The position numbers and the translations under genes are program-made. Positions 51,535 through 62,174 of a DNA stretch of 64,000 nt are shown here, one piece after another. How positions within the stretch are numbered: the first letter of the stretch is position 1; each line of letters opens with the position of its first letter. Under the pieces are notes generated by a model, which was given only the letters and a program-made list of their open reading frames with translations, had not been told where the DNA came from and did no database searches. This DNA comes from an uncultured virus (IMG/VR IMGVR_UViG_3300020073_000092). Its lineage: Duplodnaviria > Heunggongvirae > Uroviricota > Caudoviricetes. The stretch is taken from IMG/VR virus record IMGVR_UViG_3300020073_000092; one strand, given 5' to 3'.

Positions 51535-54192
51535 ATGGAATCATTTAATTATGGAGGCTCAACATGGGCAAAGTGGGATTTACATATTCACTCAGATGCT
51601 TCAGATGGAAAACAAACCCCGCAGTAGATAATAGATGAAGCAGTGAATAAAGGGATATCGGTAATAGCACTAACGGATCATCATACTGTTAGCAATATTG
51701 ATGAAATAAAGAAATACGCGGCAAGCAAAAATATCGTAGTCATAAGCGGAATAGAGTTTAGAACTGAGTATGGTGCTAAATCTGTTCACATGATTGGCCT
51801 TTTCCCAGAAAAGTATGGAAATATAACTTTGAATCAAAAGGAGTTGGAAGAACTTATTCTTAGCCCGTTGAAATTGTCAAGAACGGCGATTGTTGCAAAA
51901 GGAAAGGAAGAAAAACCTGAGGCAAACAATGATGAAGCTTTTAAAATTGGGATGTTTAAGGTACAGGTAGACTTTAAGGACGCAGCAGATTTGATTCATC
52001 GGTATGGTGGACTTGTGTCGGTACATGCTGGTAATAAAACAAATAGTATTGAAGAAATGAAGCATGAGGGTAGGGGAACAAGTAATGTTAAAGATGTTGT
52101 AGATTCTCTTGGTACGCTCAAAGAGGAGTTGTTGACAAATTATATAGATATTTGCGAGATTGGTAGTGCTTCAGATCGAAATGCTGACTTTTATGTGAAA
52201 ACCTATTCAAAGCCAGTAATTGCTGCATCTGATGCACATAAAACAGCTGATGTTGGAAAATTATTTACGTGGATAAAAGCTGATAAGACTTTTGATGGAT
52301 TGAGGCAAATAATATATGAGCCTGAATTACGAGTGAAGATTCAGAAAAATGAGCCTGAAATAAAGAGTAAGTATCAAGTCATTGAAAAAGTATCATTTAA
52401 TCATGCTGATTTTGGAAATCAGGAAATTCCACTTAATCCAGGGTTAAATACAATTATTGGTGGAAGATCTTCTGGAAAATCAATCCTTCTTGGATGTATT
52501 GCAAAACTTGCAGATTATACTGGAAAAGTTAAGGGCGATAATGAAGATTATGAAACATATTTGGAAGATGTTACGGCCTCAATGAGTATTCTATGGGCAG
52601 ATGGATCAAGGGAAAGAGGTCGTAAGGTTGAGTATTTCCCACAATCATATATCAATGGTTTGGCAGCAAAAGCTGAAAACACAGCCAAGCTTATTGAAAA
52701 TATCCTTAAAGGAGACAGCAATCGCAGAAATTGTTATGAAAGTTTCGAAAGAAATCTGAGTAAGAATAATATGGAAATAGCAAGTCTACTTGAAAGCTAT
52801 TTTAATCTTAGAAGCGTAAAGAAAGATCTCGAAGATCAATTGCAGAGCATAGGCGACCCTGTTGGTATCGAAAATGAGATTAGCAGGCTTCAGAAAGAAG
52901 TTGATGAGCTGAAAATAAACCTGACGATTAAGCTTTCTGTTGAGGATGAAGTACAATATATATCACTTAAAGAAGACCTTGAAAAACGAAAGAACCATAT
53001 AACGTTGCTTAAGACTGCTTTATCACAATTGAGCGAATTGACGAATCTACATGTGATGAAAGATATATCTGCTGATTTGATTAGTTTGCCAAGCAATGTA
53101 AATCAGAGAATAACAGCTTTTTATGATGAACTAAAGCGAGAAACCGGAGAGAAATGGCTCGAAATTATAAAACAAGTTAAGGATGAGACATCAAATTGTA
53201 TTCTTTATGATGAAAATAAGATAAAGGAAATTGAGAGTGATAATTTATACCAAAAGGGAGAGACCTTCTATAAAGAGAATGGTGCAGTAGATGCCTTGAA
53301 TAAGCGTCTGGATTCTGAAAAAAAGAAAGCTGAATACATTAAAGAAAAGCTTAAGAAATGTAAGGAATATGATGAGAAAATTATTACTGCTCAAAATGCT
53401 ATAATGGAGAAGCATGCTTCATTTTATAACATTATGACAGCTGTTTCTGAGCAAGTATCAATGGAAAAGGATGACGTGTCTATTGTACCGGTACCGCAGT
53501 TCGCTAGTGAAAAATTTTCTTCATTTGTAGACAATAATTTTAATAAACGTGGTCAGAAAGTACAGGCTTTATTGGGATTTGTTTGGCAGGATGCAACAAG
53601 TTTTAATGAATTCATTGAGAATGTTTTTGAAGATATCGTTAATGGCAGATATACATTAAAAAGCAGTAGGGATGAAAAACAAGTAGCAAGTGAACTTGTA
53701 TCTGCGAATTACTATAAACTTATATATGATGTGAAATATCAAGGGGACACTCTTTCTTCAATGTCAGAGGGAAAGAAAGCATTTGTGATTTTAAGAATGA
53801 TTCTTGATTTTGATGAGAATGAGTGCCCCATTTTGATAGATCAGCCAGAAGACGATTTGGATAATCGGGCAATATATAATGATTTGGTTACTTATATTCG
53901 TGCCAAGAAGGCACATAGACAGATGATATTGGTAACACATAACCCGAATGTAGTGGTTGCTGCGGATTCTGAGGAAATAATTGTATCTAATCAGGATGGA
54001 ATTAATAGTAAAAATCAAGATGATATTAAATTTGAGTATCGTTCTGGTGCTATGGAAAATACATATGAACAGGATAAAACAAAATCGGTATTAATTTCGC
54101 AAGGAATAAGACAGCATGTTTGTGATCTGCTTGAGGGCGGAGACATCGCATTTAAGCAACGAGAAAATAAATACGGGTTTAGTATTAAATAA
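51535..54192 (+). pseudogene. PHP-domain plus SMC/ABC-like ATPase (Ppl/TrlF-like defence protein) with in-frame TAG at codon 31
   Basis: GGGAGG RBS; ATG 51535 reads WAKWDLHIHS then TAG (51625-51627); LTDHH, SDAH, Walker A GGRSSGKS, signature MSEG, IDQPEDDLD, VTHN. Confidence 0.85.
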
Positions 54193-54282
54193 CAATGTAT
54201 TCTCCATTCTTTATTGTTATCGCTCTCTTTAGTTTCATTCTATCATTGCGGTATATGGCGGTCAAGAAGGGGCTGATACATA

Positions 54283-55760
54283 GTAACTATTCACTAGCTA
54301 ATGCCCAGGGAATACAAGATGCCTGAGCAAGCGTTGCCATTATTGTATCTATGACAGCAATGCCATGCTTACGGGCTGTGCTTAATACGGAGTTAATTTT
54401 TGCAAATTCTTTAGCACCTTCCAGCGAGCGGAAACAACCGGAAACTTTTATCTTGACTTTGACATGTCTGACATCCCGTTCCGCTTGATTGTTATCAAAA
54501 GGTACACGGAAGTCCCAGAAGAAACGGCAAAAATCTTCGCTGTATTCATTCAGTCGGTCTGCCAATCGTCTGGCGATATTCCATTTTCTTTTCCTCTTGT
54601 CACTGTATTCTATGGGATTATTCTGCTGGCCTTGGTAGATTAAGCCTTGCCAATATCCCTTGTATAGTCGGCAATAGTAGGCACTGGCAGATGTTTTCCC
54701 CGTATCCATGAGCTTTTCCTTGGTGCTTTTCATCTTACAAAGCAGCCATATCATAAGTTCAGCCCATTCCTGCTTTGGATTGTTATCTATAACACCTTGC
54801 AGTTCCCGCAGTATATGGGCGTAGCAAAGCCCATGCGCTTCAAATTGGAATTTCCAATAGGGGCGCCAACAGTCGTGGATCACTATGCCTTTGTAATGTT
54901 GGAGAAAATCCCCCTCCCGCATGCCATCTTGCCCGCGTTTTTCGCTGACATGCTGGTAGGTGTACATCTCGGTGGAAACATTATGTAACCATGTTGTTTC
55001 CCCTGATGCACGCACTCCTGTTTCATCAGCATGTACGACAGGTGCAGAATATAAGGCTGTTTTTATACTGCTAATGGCATCATCGAGCTTGCCTGCATTT
55101 TTCTTTACGGCATTATGAATAAATCCCGTACTTACAGGCAGTTTTAATACGGACATGAAAAATTCATGTATTTTATTGACCGAAACAGCACAATAGGTGT
55201 TCATGCCAATAGCTAACGCCTGAATCTTAGGGCCATAGCACTTTGTTGCTGTAATATTCTCCGGGAAATTTCCGCGAAGGCAGGTGTTTGATTTTGGACA
55301 CAAAAATATTCCATCTGTGAATACTTATGGACAACCACCGTAATTTCAGCATCTATCTCATAGCGGCTTTCTAAGCATTTGCCTTGACACTGGACTGCTA
55401 ATGCACAACCTGCACATTCTTTTGGATTGCAAGGAATAATTTTGGATGGTGCACAGGGCAATTTCAAGGTAGTTCCCTTATGTCCACTTTGACCGCCGGG
55501 CTTTTTTCCTGACGGTTTACGGAGACTGCGCTTTTTCTGGTTTGGCTTATCCGTGGAAGGCGGTTTGGAACTATTAGAGCTGTTCATGTTGAGACGGCGT
55601 TCTAGTTCTGCTATGCGAGCTTCTAATTTAACAATTGTTTCTTCTAGCTTGCGAACATACGCCTGTTCCTCAGGTGTCATCATGATTGCCGCCTCCTTTC
55701 CATTTTATTTAGTTTATCGTACATTTGTAAGAGATTCTTAAACTACTGGTGAATAGTTAC
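54283..55760 (-). mobile_element. IS66-family (ISBst12-like) element, full length, 1478 bp
   Basis: 12-bp terminal inverted repeats GTAACTATTCAC at both ends; no target-site duplication. Confidence 0.92.
54287..55683 (-). CDS. IS66 transposase split across two frames (55683-55213 and 55303-54287)
   Basis: Same -1 shift as the first copy; intact C-terminus KVSGCFRS. Confidence 0.8.
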
Positions 55761-55859
55761 ATTGAGATTAAAGTATGGTTATCAACAAGATGCTACACTG
55801 GTTGCGATTTGAATCAGCATCTTTGTTTCATACATGAAGATGAAGCGGGAAGAATTGGT

Positions 55860-56180
55860 ATCGATGAAGATCATGATCAGGAATATGGAGAAAAGCCATT
55901 AGACGAGTTCGTTTGTAGTATTGTAGGACTGGATATGGGCGCGGTAAAAGAAGATTTCTCAGAGTACCTAGATGGAGCAAATCTTTACAGTAAACAGATT
56001 TATTTTCTGAATCAGATGTTGAGTTCATTGTTCATAATGGCTAGATGAAAAATCTGTCCGTGCTTCAGGAATATCCGTTTACGGATTAGGGAAATGTTGT
56101 TGATATATTTACAGCTTAATGTCTAGATGGAAGCCCGGAAGGTTATAGAATAGATAAATTTAAATCCAGCAGTTAAAGGT
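55860..56180 (+). pseudogene. hsdR: Degenerate 3' remnant of a type I restriction subunit (EcoEI R C-terminal-like)
   Basis: PLDEFVCSIVGLDMGAVKEDFSEYL...QIYFLNQ, then in another frame VHNG*MKNLSVLQEYPFTD*G; boundaries approximate. Confidence 0.6.
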
Positions 56181-56212
56181 AGAAACTACATTATCGTATG
56201 GGAGGAAAACTG

Positions 56213-58684
56213 ATGGCTAGCATTTTCTTATCGCATAGTAGCAAAGATAAAGAGAGATATGTAAGAATTGTTGCAGAGAAATTGGAAAAGGAATTTGATG
56301 AGCATAGTGTTCATTATGATGAGCACACATTTGAAGCGGGAATGAAATCACTAGAAGAAATTGAAAAAGGTTTGGATAATACTGATTTATTTGTAATTTT
56401 TTTGTCCAGGGCTTCATTAAATTCAGATTGGGTTAAAAAAGAACTATTAGTGGCTAGAGAAAGTAATATTATAAAGCGTATTTATCCAATAGTAATTGAA
56501 GATAACCTAGATTGGAATGATAAAGAAATTCCTGAATGGCTTAAGGAATACAATTTAAAGTATATATCTAAGCCATCTAAAGCTGTCCAATTAATTAGGA
56601 AAAGATTAATTGAGATTACTTGGGAGCAAACATCTGAAAATAGTTATAAAGATGCTATTTTTGTTGGAAGAAATGCTCAGGTTCAAGATTTTGAAGAACG
56701 GAAGTATGATTATGACAAAGAAACGGTGGTTGCATACTTTGCTTCAGGAATAGTTCAAATTGGCCGGAAAAGCTTTCTTAAGCACTGTTTTGTAAAGGCA
56801 AACATCATAGATAGACAAACTTGCCCGTCAATAATCGAAGCGGGAATGTATGATGGTGTTGAGGATCTTATTGTTTATTTAAGAGATTTGGGATTTAGCG
56901 ATGATATTGACATTTCAAACTTTATGAACCAATCTTTGACGGAGAAAACAGAGATTTTGTCAAGAATTTTGGATTCTATATCTGATAATAAAGAAGTTGT
57001 TTTGATTGAAGATAAGGGGTGCATTGTAACGCATGAGGGAACTGTTTGCGAATGGTTTATTGAAGCACTTAAAATGATGCGAAAAAAAACAAGGACTGTT
57101 CTTGGAGTTGCCTCGAAGTTTAACATAAAACTACCTATAATATGTGATGAAATGTATGTTATTAAGATTCCGCCGATGGATAAAACGGAATCTGCGGGCC
57201 TTTTGCAAAAATATCTTGACCAAAAGCGGGTTGGCTTACAAAGAGAAGATTTTAAAAATTATGTAAATTTAATGAATGGTTTTCCGGCGCAGGTAAAGTT
57301 TACAGTCTCTCTATTACAAAAATATGGCGCAGAAAAAACATATGATTATGCGGCTGAAATTAAGAATTATGATTCCGAAATTATAATTCAATTAATGAGG
57401 CCTTATGAAGATAATGAAGAATATAGGGATTTCGTTATGCTATTAGTTGAACTGGATATGGTTACATACCGGACAATTCAAAGTATAGTCAAGGATGTTG
57501 ATTTCGTTTCGAATATAATAAACAAACTGTATGTTGATGGCGTTATTGAGTTTTATGGTGTAAACAGGGAATATATTAAAATTGCATATGTAGTGCGTGA
57601 ATATATTACAAGAGCAGGTTACAAAACACCAGAACGGTATCAAAATGCCATAAATGAATATATTACCAATTTTCTAGATAAATATGAATATGCAGAGTTA
57701 GATATGCCTGACTATTTGTATAAAATTAAGGAACAGGTTAAGCATGGCGAGTATAATAACGAGTATATGCTCCCGTCACAGTATTTAAAGACGATGGTTG
57801 AGTTGTATGAAAAAGATAGGGACTATGCGAGAGTAATAGAATTTGCTGATACAATCCTAAAAAGCTGTGAATATATAGAAGAAAAACTTGTATTTGAGAT
57901 CAGGTTCTTTTTATGTATGGCTTTAGCACAGAAGAGAGAGAGAAGGTTTTTGGCCGAAGTACAAGAAATACATGGAGCAGATCATAATTTCCTGCTAGGA
58001 TTTTTTTACAGAAGGGAGGGACAGTATGAAAGAGCGTTGTCAGAAATAGAGAAGAGCCTTAGTTTACGAAAGAATTTCTCAAAAGCCAAAAGGGAGAAGG
58101 TGCAATTACTGATCAATCTTGAACAGTATGATGACGCTATTGAATTAGCTAGAGAAAACTATACGAATGATAAGAAAAATGTATATCATGCACATGCGTA
58201 CCTATTATGTATATTAAAAAGCGGAAGAAATGCAGATAGTATAGAAGTGATAGACGAAATACTTTTAAGTATTTCTAAATCATTAACTGATTTGGGGAAA
58301 GAATTGTATCCTAGATGTAAAGCGTTGGTTTCTATGTATTGCGAAAGAGATATTGATAAGGCATTGGCGCTAATTGATAAAGTAATCGAGGAGAGTGATT
58401 ACAAAATTTACGCAATCCAAGACAGATTTGACATATGTGAAAAAGCTAATGATATTGACGAAATGAAAAAAACCATAGAAATACTTGAGTCGACCAATAT
58501 GCGTGATGCTTATGGCAAAGAGCGTGCAATGATTAGATTCCAAATTTTGCTAGCTGCATACGAGGGCGATAAAAAGTGTGCATTTTCACTGCTAGATGGC
58601 ATGCAACATAAGAAAATACGTTTAAATTCAAATGTATTATCAAAGAAGGTGAATGCAATATTGATGCGCCAGAAAACATTGTAA
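56213..58684 (+). CDS. TIR domain, divergent STAND-like P-loop and TPR protein (NLR-like defence candidate)
   Basis: IFLSHSSKDK, SDWVKKEL (catalytic Glu), FVGR, GIVQIGRKS, C-terminal TPR helices; GGAGG RBS. Confidence 0.85.
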   Translation: MASIFLSHSSKDKERYVRIVAEKLEKEFDEHSVHYDEHTFEAGMKSLEEIEKGLDNTDLFVIFLSRASLNSDWVKKELLVARESNIIKRIYPIVIEDNLDWNDKEIPEWLKEYNLKYISKPSKAVQLIRKRLIEITWEQTSENSYKDAIFVGRNAQVQDFEERKYDYDKETVVAYFASGIVQIGRKSFLKHCFVKANIIDRQTCPSIIEAGMYDGVEDLIVYLRDLGFSDDIDISNFMNQSLTEKTEILSRILDSISDNKEVVLIEDKGCIVTHEGTVCEWFIEALKMMRKKTRTVLGVASKFNIKLPIICDEMYVIKIPPMDKTESAGLLQKYLDQKRVGLQREDFKNYVNLMNGFPAQVKFTVSLLQKYGAEKTYDYAAEIKNYDSEIIIQLMRPYEDNEEYRDFVMLLVELDMVTYRTIQSIVKDVDFVSNIINKLYVDGVIEFYGVNREYIKIAYVVREYITRAGYKTPERYQNAINEYITNFLDKYEYAELDMPDYLYKIKEQVKHGEYNNEYMLPSQYLKTMVELYEKDRDYARVIEFADTILKSCEYIEEKLVFEIRFFLCMALAQKRERRFLAEVQEIHGADHNFLLGFFYRREGQYERALSEIEKSLSLRKNFSKAKREKVQLLINLEQYDDAIELARENYTNDKKNVYHAHAYLLCILKSGRNADSIEVIDEILLSISKSLTDLGKELYPRCKALVSMYCERDIDKALALIDKVIEESDYKIYAIQDRFDICEKANDIDEMKKTIEILESTNMRDAYGKERAMIRFQILLAAYEGDKKCAFSLLDGMQHKKIRLNSNVLSKKVNAILMRQKTL

Positions 58685-58712
58685 TAATCTGCAACAGCGA
58701 TACGTGTTTATG

Positions 58713-58733
58713 ATGGGTACATTTTGGGTACAG
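58713..58733 (+). repeat. Direct repeat TGGGTACA x2 (11-bp period), related to the 14.3 kb array
   Basis: ATGGGTACATTTTGGGTACAG versus ATGGGTGCATTTTGGGTGCAG at 14285-14305. Confidence 0.7.
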
Positions 58734-58874
58734 TAGCTTTTGAACGGTATGAATATATTGAGAAGAGAAGTTGTCAAGCCTAGAGAGGTGTATAATGGAC
58801 CCATGGATTCAGACCAGTGTTTGAAATTTTAAGCGCGCATGATATAATAACCGAACAAAATGGAGGTCATAATC

Positions 58875-59213
58875 ATGCCAAGAAAAAAGTACACTGCTGA
58901 ATTCAAGACCAAGGTCATCCTATCGATACTACAAGGTGACAAAGAGTTTAACGAGATATGTGCCGAATACAACCTTAACCCCAGCATGGTCAGAAAATGG
59001 AAGCAGGACTTCCTGCAAAATGCCCATCTTGCTTTTGGTGCCACTGCTGAGCGCAAGAACGCTCAGAGAAAGGAGGATGACCTGAAGAAGAAAAACGACC
59101 AGATGCTGAAGACGATTGGCCAGCTGACATTGGAGCGTGATTTTCTTCAGGACTGTTTTCGCCAAGCTGGAGAAGTCCTGCCTAAACTGCCGGACTTTGA
59201 TCCAAAGGGATAA
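58875..59213 (+). CDS. IS3 OrfA (HTH)
   Basis: RKKYTAEFK...W...IGQLTLERDFL; GGAGG RBS. Confidence 0.85.
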   Translation: MPRKKYTAEFKTKVILSILQGDKEFNEICAEYNLNPSMVRKWKQDFLQNAHLAFGATAERKNAQRKEDDLKKKNDQMLKTIGQLTLERDFLQDCFRQAGEVLPKLPDFDPKG

Positions 59214-60030
59214 CGGGCTTTCTGTCCGCCGGCAATGTGAACTCTTGGGACTCAACCGTTCCAGCGTCTATTACGAACCAACAGAGCCAGATGAAGCGTA
59301 CCGGCTGCTAGATGATGAGCTTATGAAACGTATCGACTACTGGCATACAAAATGTCCTTATTTCGGTTCCCGCAAAATTCTCGACAAACTACGAAAAGAA
59401 GGCTATGGCATAGGCCGCAAGAAAGTTCGCCGGCTCATGTGCGAGATGGGCATAACAGCCATATATCCAAAAATCAATTTATCCAAGCGAAATTTCAAGG
59501 AGGCTGTTGTGCCATATCTGCTGCGCAATTATAAGGTGAATTTTCCCAATCAGGTCTGGTCCATCGACATAACTTATATTCCCATGCGGCGCGGCCATAT
59601 GTATTTAACGGCCATAATTGACTGGTATAGCCGGAAAATCGTTGGGCACCATTTGTCGGATACCTTAGATACAAGAGAGGTCTTGTACGCGGTGAGAGAG
59701 TCTGTAGCTAACCATGGCATTCCGTCTATCCTGAACTCTGACCAGGGTAGCCAGTTTACCAGCGATGATTACAAAAAACTCCTACAGGAGTATGGTATTC
59801 GTCAAAGCATGGATGGCAAAAGTCGCTGGGCCGATAACATTATGATTGAACGATGGTTCAGCAGCCTCAAAACCGAAGCTATATATCCGAATGAATATAC
59901 TTCACCTCGGGAACTGCGGCAGCTGATAAATGGCTATGTCCGAGACTATAATACAATCTGCTCTCATAAATCGCTGGACTACAAGGTTCCAAACGAAGTC
60001 TATTATGGAGCTTTTGCCAATATTGCATAA
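59137..60030 (+). CDS. IS3 OrfB DDE transposase (true start uncertain)
   Basis: WSIDITY, NSDQGSQF and IERWFSSLKTE motifs. Confidence 0.9.
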   Translation: MIFFRTVFAKLEKSCLNCRTLIQRDNGLSVRRQCELLGLNRSSVYYEPTEPDEAYRLLDDELMKRIDYWHTKCPYFGSRKILDKLRKEGYGIGRKKVRRLMCEMGITAIYPKINLSKRNFKEAVVPYLLRNYKVNFPNQVWSIDITYIPMRRGHMYLTAIIDWYSRKIVGHHLSDTLDTREVLYAVRESVANHGIPSILNSDQGSQFTSDDYKKLLQEYGIRQSMDGKSRWADNIMIERWFSSLKTEAIYPNEYTSPRELRQLINGYVRDYNTICSHKSLDYKVPNEVYYGAFANIA

Positions 60031-60077
60031 CGCGCTTAAAAATTTTCAAGGTGGTCTTGACTAGGGGACCATTATAA

Positions 60078-60276
60078 TTTCCAGTAGAGTTTGCTAATTT
60101 TGAGCACAGAGTAAGAGTTTTGTCCGTTAATTATGGAGAGCAGGATTTCAATGCAGTAACTTTAGGGCCTGGTTCATATCTCGTGAGTGGTAGTTTTGAA
60201 TTTGGCAGTATAGATTGTCAGGTCCTTATAGGATGTTATTCATCTTTAGGACATAGAATTATAGTAAACGTCAATG
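60078..60276 (+). pseudogene. Gene fragment, possibly a hexapeptide (CatB-like) acetyltransferase, trapped between IS ends
   Basis: Open frame TLGPGSY...VLIGCYSSLGH. Confidence 0.3.
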
Positions 60277-60344
60277 GTAACTATTCACCAGTAGTTTATG
60301 AATCTCTTACAAATGTACGATAAACTAAATAAAATGGAAAGGAG
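60277..60344 (+). mobile_element. 68-bp left-end remnant of the same IS66 element, cut at its RBS by IS110
   Basis: GTAACTATTCACCAGTAG...GGAAAGGAG matches the other two left ends. Confidence 0.9.
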
Positions 60345-60385
60345 CATTCCCGTTAAGAACAAATTCCAGGTTTGAGAAATAACGA

Positions 60386-60454
60386 AAACTCCCCTAAACT
60401 AGAATTACATACCGGGTCGTCAAAGCGCCCTAAAAAATCTAGTTAGGAGAGTTT
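60386..60454 (+). promoter_or_regulatory. 5' UTR stem that would sequester the IS110 recombinase RBS
   Basis: AAACTCCCCTAAACTAGA pairs with TCTAGTTAGGAGAGTTT, which contains AGGAG. Confidence 0.6.
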
Positions 60455-60459
60455 CCAAT

Positions 60460-61743
60460 ATGAATTCTACACAAAATATCAAAATTAGTCAAATCACTGA
60501 GGACATTTTAATCGTTGGCATCGATGTTGGCTGCTTCACGCATTACGCCCGTGCCTTCGACTGGCGTGGCATGGAAGCCAGCTATGTGTTCAAATTTACC
60601 AATTGCCGGGATCAGTTCGAGAGGTTCTTGTGCTGGATGCGCAAGGCAGCCCATGAGAACGGCAAGAAAAAGATCCTTGTGGGGCTTGAGCCCACGGGCC
60701 ATTACTGGTTCGCACGGGCTCAGTTCCTAGAGGAAAACAATATTGGTATCAGCATGGTCAATCCATACCATGTGAAACAGACCAAAGAACTTGACGACAA
60801 TAATCAGACCAAGAACGACCGAAAAGACCCCAAAGTCATCGCCAAGCTTGTCACAGAAGGGCGCTACAGCTATCCGTACGTTCCTATGGGCATCTACGCA
60901 GACCTGCGCAACTTCCATAATATGTACCTGGACTGCACCAAGGACCTTATCAAGGTCAAAAACAAGCTGGCACGGTGGTTCAACATCTGGTTCCCGGAAT
61001 ATGGGGAAGTTTTCAAGGATATGGGGGCTAAGAGCAGCCTCATGCTGCTCGAAAAGGCTCGTACTCCAGATGCAGTCATCACACTGGATGCTGAAGGCAT
61101 TAACGCCATCTGGAGGGAAGCCAAACTCCGTGCAGTAGGCATGAAAAAGGCCCAGCGTATCGTCGATGCAGCCAAGCGCAGCATTGGCAGAAAAGCTGGC
61201 CGCAGGTCGGCATCTTTCGAGCTGGAAATGCTTTTGGCAGACTACTGCAAAATAAAAACTCAACTGAATAAGGTTATGGCAGAACTGGAAGGACTGTGCA
61301 AGGAAATCCCAGCGACAAAGCAAATGCTGGCCATCAAAGGCATCGGCCTAAAGAACGTGGTGGGCTTTCTGGCTGAGGTGGGAGATATAGGACGTTTTCA
61401 AACACCGAAGCAGATACAGAAACTGGCAGGTCTTGCCCTGAAAGAGAACAGTTCAGGCAAACACAAAAGTGAAACCAGCATCAGCAGGCGAGGAAGGAAA
61501 CGTCTGAGAACGGTGCTGTTCACCGCTGCAATCTCACTCATTGGCAAGAATAAAGCTTATCAGAAGCTGCATCAGCACTACACCCAGCGGCTGAACAATC
61601 CGCTGAAGAAGAAGCAGTCTGTCGTAGCCATTGGCTGCAAGCTTATCCGTATATTTTTCACACTACTCAGTAAGGGAGTCGCTTACGACGAAGAAAAAAT
61701 GCTGAATGACATTGTGTGGGAAGATGAAGCAATAGCAGCCTAA
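60460..61743 (+). CDS. IS110 DEDD recombinase/transposase
   Basis: VGID, LEPTG, KNDRKD and ENSSGK (Ser loop) motifs. Confidence 0.95.
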   Translation: MNSTQNIKISQITEDILIVGIDVGCFTHYARAFDWRGMEASYVFKFTNCRDQFERFLCWMRKAAHENGKKKILVGLEPTGHYWFARAQFLEENNIGISMVNPYHVKQTKELDDNNQTKNDRKDPKVIAKLVTEGRYSYPYVPMGIYADLRNFHNMYLDCTKDLIKVKNKLARWFNIWFPEYGEVFKDMGAKSSLMLLEKARTPDAVITLDAEGINAIWREAKLRAVGMKKAQRIVDAAKRSIGRKAGRRSASFELEMLLADYCKIKTQLNKVMAELEGLCKEIPATKQMLAIKGIGLKNVVGFLAEVGDIGRFQTPKQIQKLAGLALKENSSGKHKSETSISRRGRKRLRTVLFTAAISLIGKNKAYQKLHQHYTQRLNNPLKKKQSVVAIGCKLIRIFFTLLSKGVAYDEEKMLNDIVWEDEAIAA

Positions 61744-62160
61744 GGAAGCAAGAAATATCTCTGATTTCTGGTTAGACGTCCACCGCAAGGTGCCAGACAT
61801 TGGGGCAGTACAACCAAATATGAAGAACTGGTAGCCAGGATTTTTTCCATTAGAGCGCATAAAGCGACTCGGCAAAGGAGCATACATGGCACCCGGATAT
61901 GGATAAGCGGAACGAAGGAATTTAGGACTCTGCATAGTCAGATGATCCTGTTAGACATGGGAGGTTCGTTACCATAAGGCGAAGGGATTATATTGGTCTT
62001 CCCAAAAGCAAGGCAATGACGTTAGCCTCGCTATACCCGAAATCCCGTTTACGCCATGCATAATGCACCACTTATTCATGTTATGTTGTTCTTCGTAAAT
62101 TAAACTGCCATGAAAAACTAAGAAAAACGGAGATATTCAAAGATAATTAAAGATTATATA
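61744..62160 (+). ncRNA. Putative IS110 bridge/seek RNA region
   Basis: About 420 nt non-coding end containing AAAGGAGCAT, which matches the left junction; boundaries unknown. Confidence 0.45.
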
Positions 62161-62174
62161 GGGAGGTACTTATT

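Larger units (their letters stand above)
58791..60076 (+). mobile_element. IS3-family element
   Basis: Imperfect terminal inverted repeats TATAATGG...TTAAGCGCG at both ends; orfA/orfB layout; no target-site duplication. Confidence 0.9.
60345..62165 (+). mobile_element. IS110-family element with a long 3' non-coding end
   Basis: GGAG at both junctions; left boundary fixed by the loss of IS66 homology; right boundary inferred. Confidence 0.8.

Noticed and set aside
54275..55768. 8-bp target-site duplication for IS66 copy 2
   Set aside because: Flanks GATACATA and ATTGAGAT differ
55749..56048. 99-aa ORF as an intact gene
   Set aside because: Its start lies inside the IS terminal repeat and the homology continues through frameshifts and stops
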